64,000 nt of DNA, from positions 29,959 through 93,958 of the forward strand of contig JAUWYR010000001.1 in NCBI GenBank assembly GCA_030615745.1, written 5' to 3'. The notes under the pieces are model-generated. The model had not been told where the DNA came from. It worked only from the letters and a program-made list of their open reading frames with translations, and made no database searches. The translations under genes and the position numbers were made by a program. Positions 62,696-64,000 of this stretch are shown here, piece by piece (positions within the stretch are counted from its first letter, which is position 1; each line of letters begins with the position of its first letter). This stretch comes from Candidatus Zixiibacteriota bacterium. Lineage in GTDB: Bacteria > Zixibacteria > MSB-5A5 > SM23-73-2.

Positions 62696-62708
62696 GTAAA
62701 GAAACTTT

Positions 62709-63212
62709 ATGCAGTTTTTTATTTTCTTAATAGTATCAATTATTTTGGTGGTTGCCTCAATTCTGGTGATTGTTCAAAGAAATCCTGTGGTCTCAGCTTT
62801 GTTTTTGATAGCAGCTTTGTGCGCCCAGGCAATTTTGTATTTGCTTTTAAATGCTACATTTTTGGCTGTTATCCAAATAATAGTTTATGCTGGTGCAATA
62901 ATGGTTTTATTTTTGTTTGTGATAATGCTTTTGAATCTAAGAAAAGATGAGTTCGGTTTTGAGAAAAGAAAAGCTCAGAGGTTTTTCGGAATTTTGTTTG
63001 CAATTTTATTATTGGTGGAGTTAGGTGTGGTGATTAAAATTGGTTTGTCAAAAATACCGTCTACTGAATTTAGTTTGGACCCAGATTTTGGAGGCGTTCA
63101 GTCGATAGGAAAAGCGCTTTTTACCGATTACCTTCTTCCTTTTGAATTAACGTCTGTCCTTTTGCTGGTGGCGATGGTAGGAGCGATAGTTCTGGCGAAG
63201 AAAAAGTTATAA
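62709..63212 (+). CDS. nuoJ: NADH-quinone oxidoreductase subunit J
   Basis: 167 aa, 5 TM helices, VYAGAIMVLFLFVIM. Confidence 0.88.
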   Translation: MQFFIFLIVSIILVVASILVIVQRNPVVSALFLIAALCAQAILYLLLNATFLAVIQIIVYAGAIMVLFLFVIMLLNLRKDEFGFEKRKAQRFFGILFAILLLVELGVVIKIGLSKIPSTEFSLDPDFGGVQSIGKALFTDYLLPFELTSVLLLVAMVGAIVLAKKKL

Positions 63213-63281
63213 CAGAATGCATAGCCTGTGATTTATGACTCCAAAAAGGAAAAACGTTTAACTTAAGCGAGAATATAAATT

Positions 63282-63584
63282 ATGGTTCCTTTATCATATT
63301 ATCTTTTTTTGAGCGGTTTGATTTTTTCCATAGGAGTTTTAGGCTTTCTTATCAGAAGAAATCTTTTGGTGATGTTTATGTGCATTGAGCTGATGTTAAA
63401 CGGTGTAAATTTATTTTTAGTCACTTTTGCTAAAAAGTTCAGCTCTCTGGATGGTCAGATATTCGTTTTTTTGATTATGACTGTTGCTGCTGCTGAGGCA
63501 GCAGTTGGACTTGCTATTATTATCGCTTTTTTCAGAAATAAAAAATCAGCTAATGTGGATGACTTGAACTTGATGAAATGGTGA
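63282..63584 (+). CDS. nuoK: NADH-quinone oxidoreductase subunit K
   Basis: 100 aa. [12 protein letters not shown] ... [11 protein letters not shown]. Confidence 0.9.
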   Translation: MVPLSYYLFLSGLIFSIGVLGFLIRRNLLVMFMCIELMLNGVNLFLVTFAKKFSSLDGQIFVFLIMTVAAAEAAVGLAIIIAFFRNKKSANVDDLNLMKW

Positions 63585-63586
63585 GG

Positions 63587-63628
63587 CGGTATTCAGTAGG
63601 CAGTATTCAGTAGGCAGAAAATGGTAAA
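63587..63628 (+). repeat. Heptamer tandem array, 6 units (cggtatt cagtagg cagtatt cagtagg cagaaaa tggtaaa).
   Basis: Read directly. It starts 2 nt after the nuoK stop. Confidence 0.8.
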
Positions 63629-63646
63629 ATATTAGGGTAAATAAAT

Positions 63647-64000
63647 ATGATCGATTATTGTTGGTTGGTTCCATTTTTACCCCTTTTAGGTTTTTTACTT
63701 AATGGTCTTTTAGGAAAGAAGATAGGAAAAAAGTTAGCTGGGTGGGTTGGGTGTGGTAGTGTTTTTTTCTCATTCCTTGTTGCTTTAAAAATATTTTCTG
63801 AGCTTTTAAGTTATCCAGCCTCCGAGAGATTTTTCCAGAAAACTCTTTTCACCTGGGTTGTCTCAGGTAATTTCAATATAAATATAGGGTTTCAGATAGA
63901 CCCTCTTTCGACTGTGATGATGCTGGTTGTCTCAGGTGTCGGATTTGTGATTCACCTCTATTCTGTCGGTTATATGGGAAAAGACCCGGGGTATTTTCGA
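63647..64000 (+). CDS. nuoL: NADH-quinone oxidoreductase subunit L (5' part, truncated by the window end)
   Basis: Hand translation: MIDYCWLVPFLPLLGFLLNGLLGKKIGKK...DPLSTVMMLVVSGVGFVIHLYSVGYM. Not in the ORF track because it has no stop. Confidence 0.85.
   Translation, partial: MIDYCWLVPFLPLLGFLLNGLLGKKIGKKLAGWVGCGSVFFSFLVALKIFSELLSYPASERFFQKTLFTWVVSGNFNINIGFQIDPLSTVMMLVVSGVGFVIHLYSVGYMGKDPGYFR

Overview
AT-rich bacterial chromosomal segment with strong GGAGG ribosome-binding sites and TTGACA-type promoters. It probably comes from an uncultured FCB-superphylum-like lineage, because it carries a T9SS-type C-terminal sorting domain, SprB/Ig-type repeats and dockerin-type repeats; this phylogenetic placement is inference only. 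Gene order: nucleoside salvage operon deoB-cdd-deoC-pdp (+); a RelE/ParE toxin-antitoxin pair bracketed by mosaic repeats; a ~9 kb minus-strand Cu/Ag-type efflux island (Cys-rich secreted protein, CusC/B/A-like, DUF3347, Cys-rich membrane protein with an in-frame TGA, P-II-like protein, two untracked YHS mini-ORFs, ABM-like protein); PBP1A (-); tyrS (+); a 2195-aa secreted beta-helix protein ending in a dockerin (+); uvrB; a lipoprotein and two mini-ORFs; an 861-aa SprB/Ig-repeat surface protein; a T9SS cargo protein with a cohesin-like module; a GT-C membrane glycosyltransferase. A long minus-strand block follows: PilS-like kinase, pilC, pilT, pilB, mglB, mglA with a long tail, three further Roadblock/LC7 proteins, a small TM protein, a DUF4388 protein, comEC and murJ. 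The window ends with rpsT (+), an archaeal-type geranylgeranyl reductase plus an untracked ferredoxin (-), and nuoA to nuoL (+, nuoL truncated). No tRNA, rRNA, CRISPR array or transposase was recognised. The strongest candidates for new biology are: (1) the MglA/MglB/multi-Roadblock/DUF4388 module joined directly to the type IV pilus motor genes, with a possibly membrane-tethered MglA; (2) a possible UxxC selenocysteine in the copper island; (3) sense-strand heptamer (CRGTARR) tandem arrays between co-transcribed genes; (4) several structured intergenic repeat families, one with covarying stems around a conserved loop; (5) a candidate dockerin/cohesin surface pair. All family calls rest on motif recognition by eye and need HMM or BLAST confirmation.
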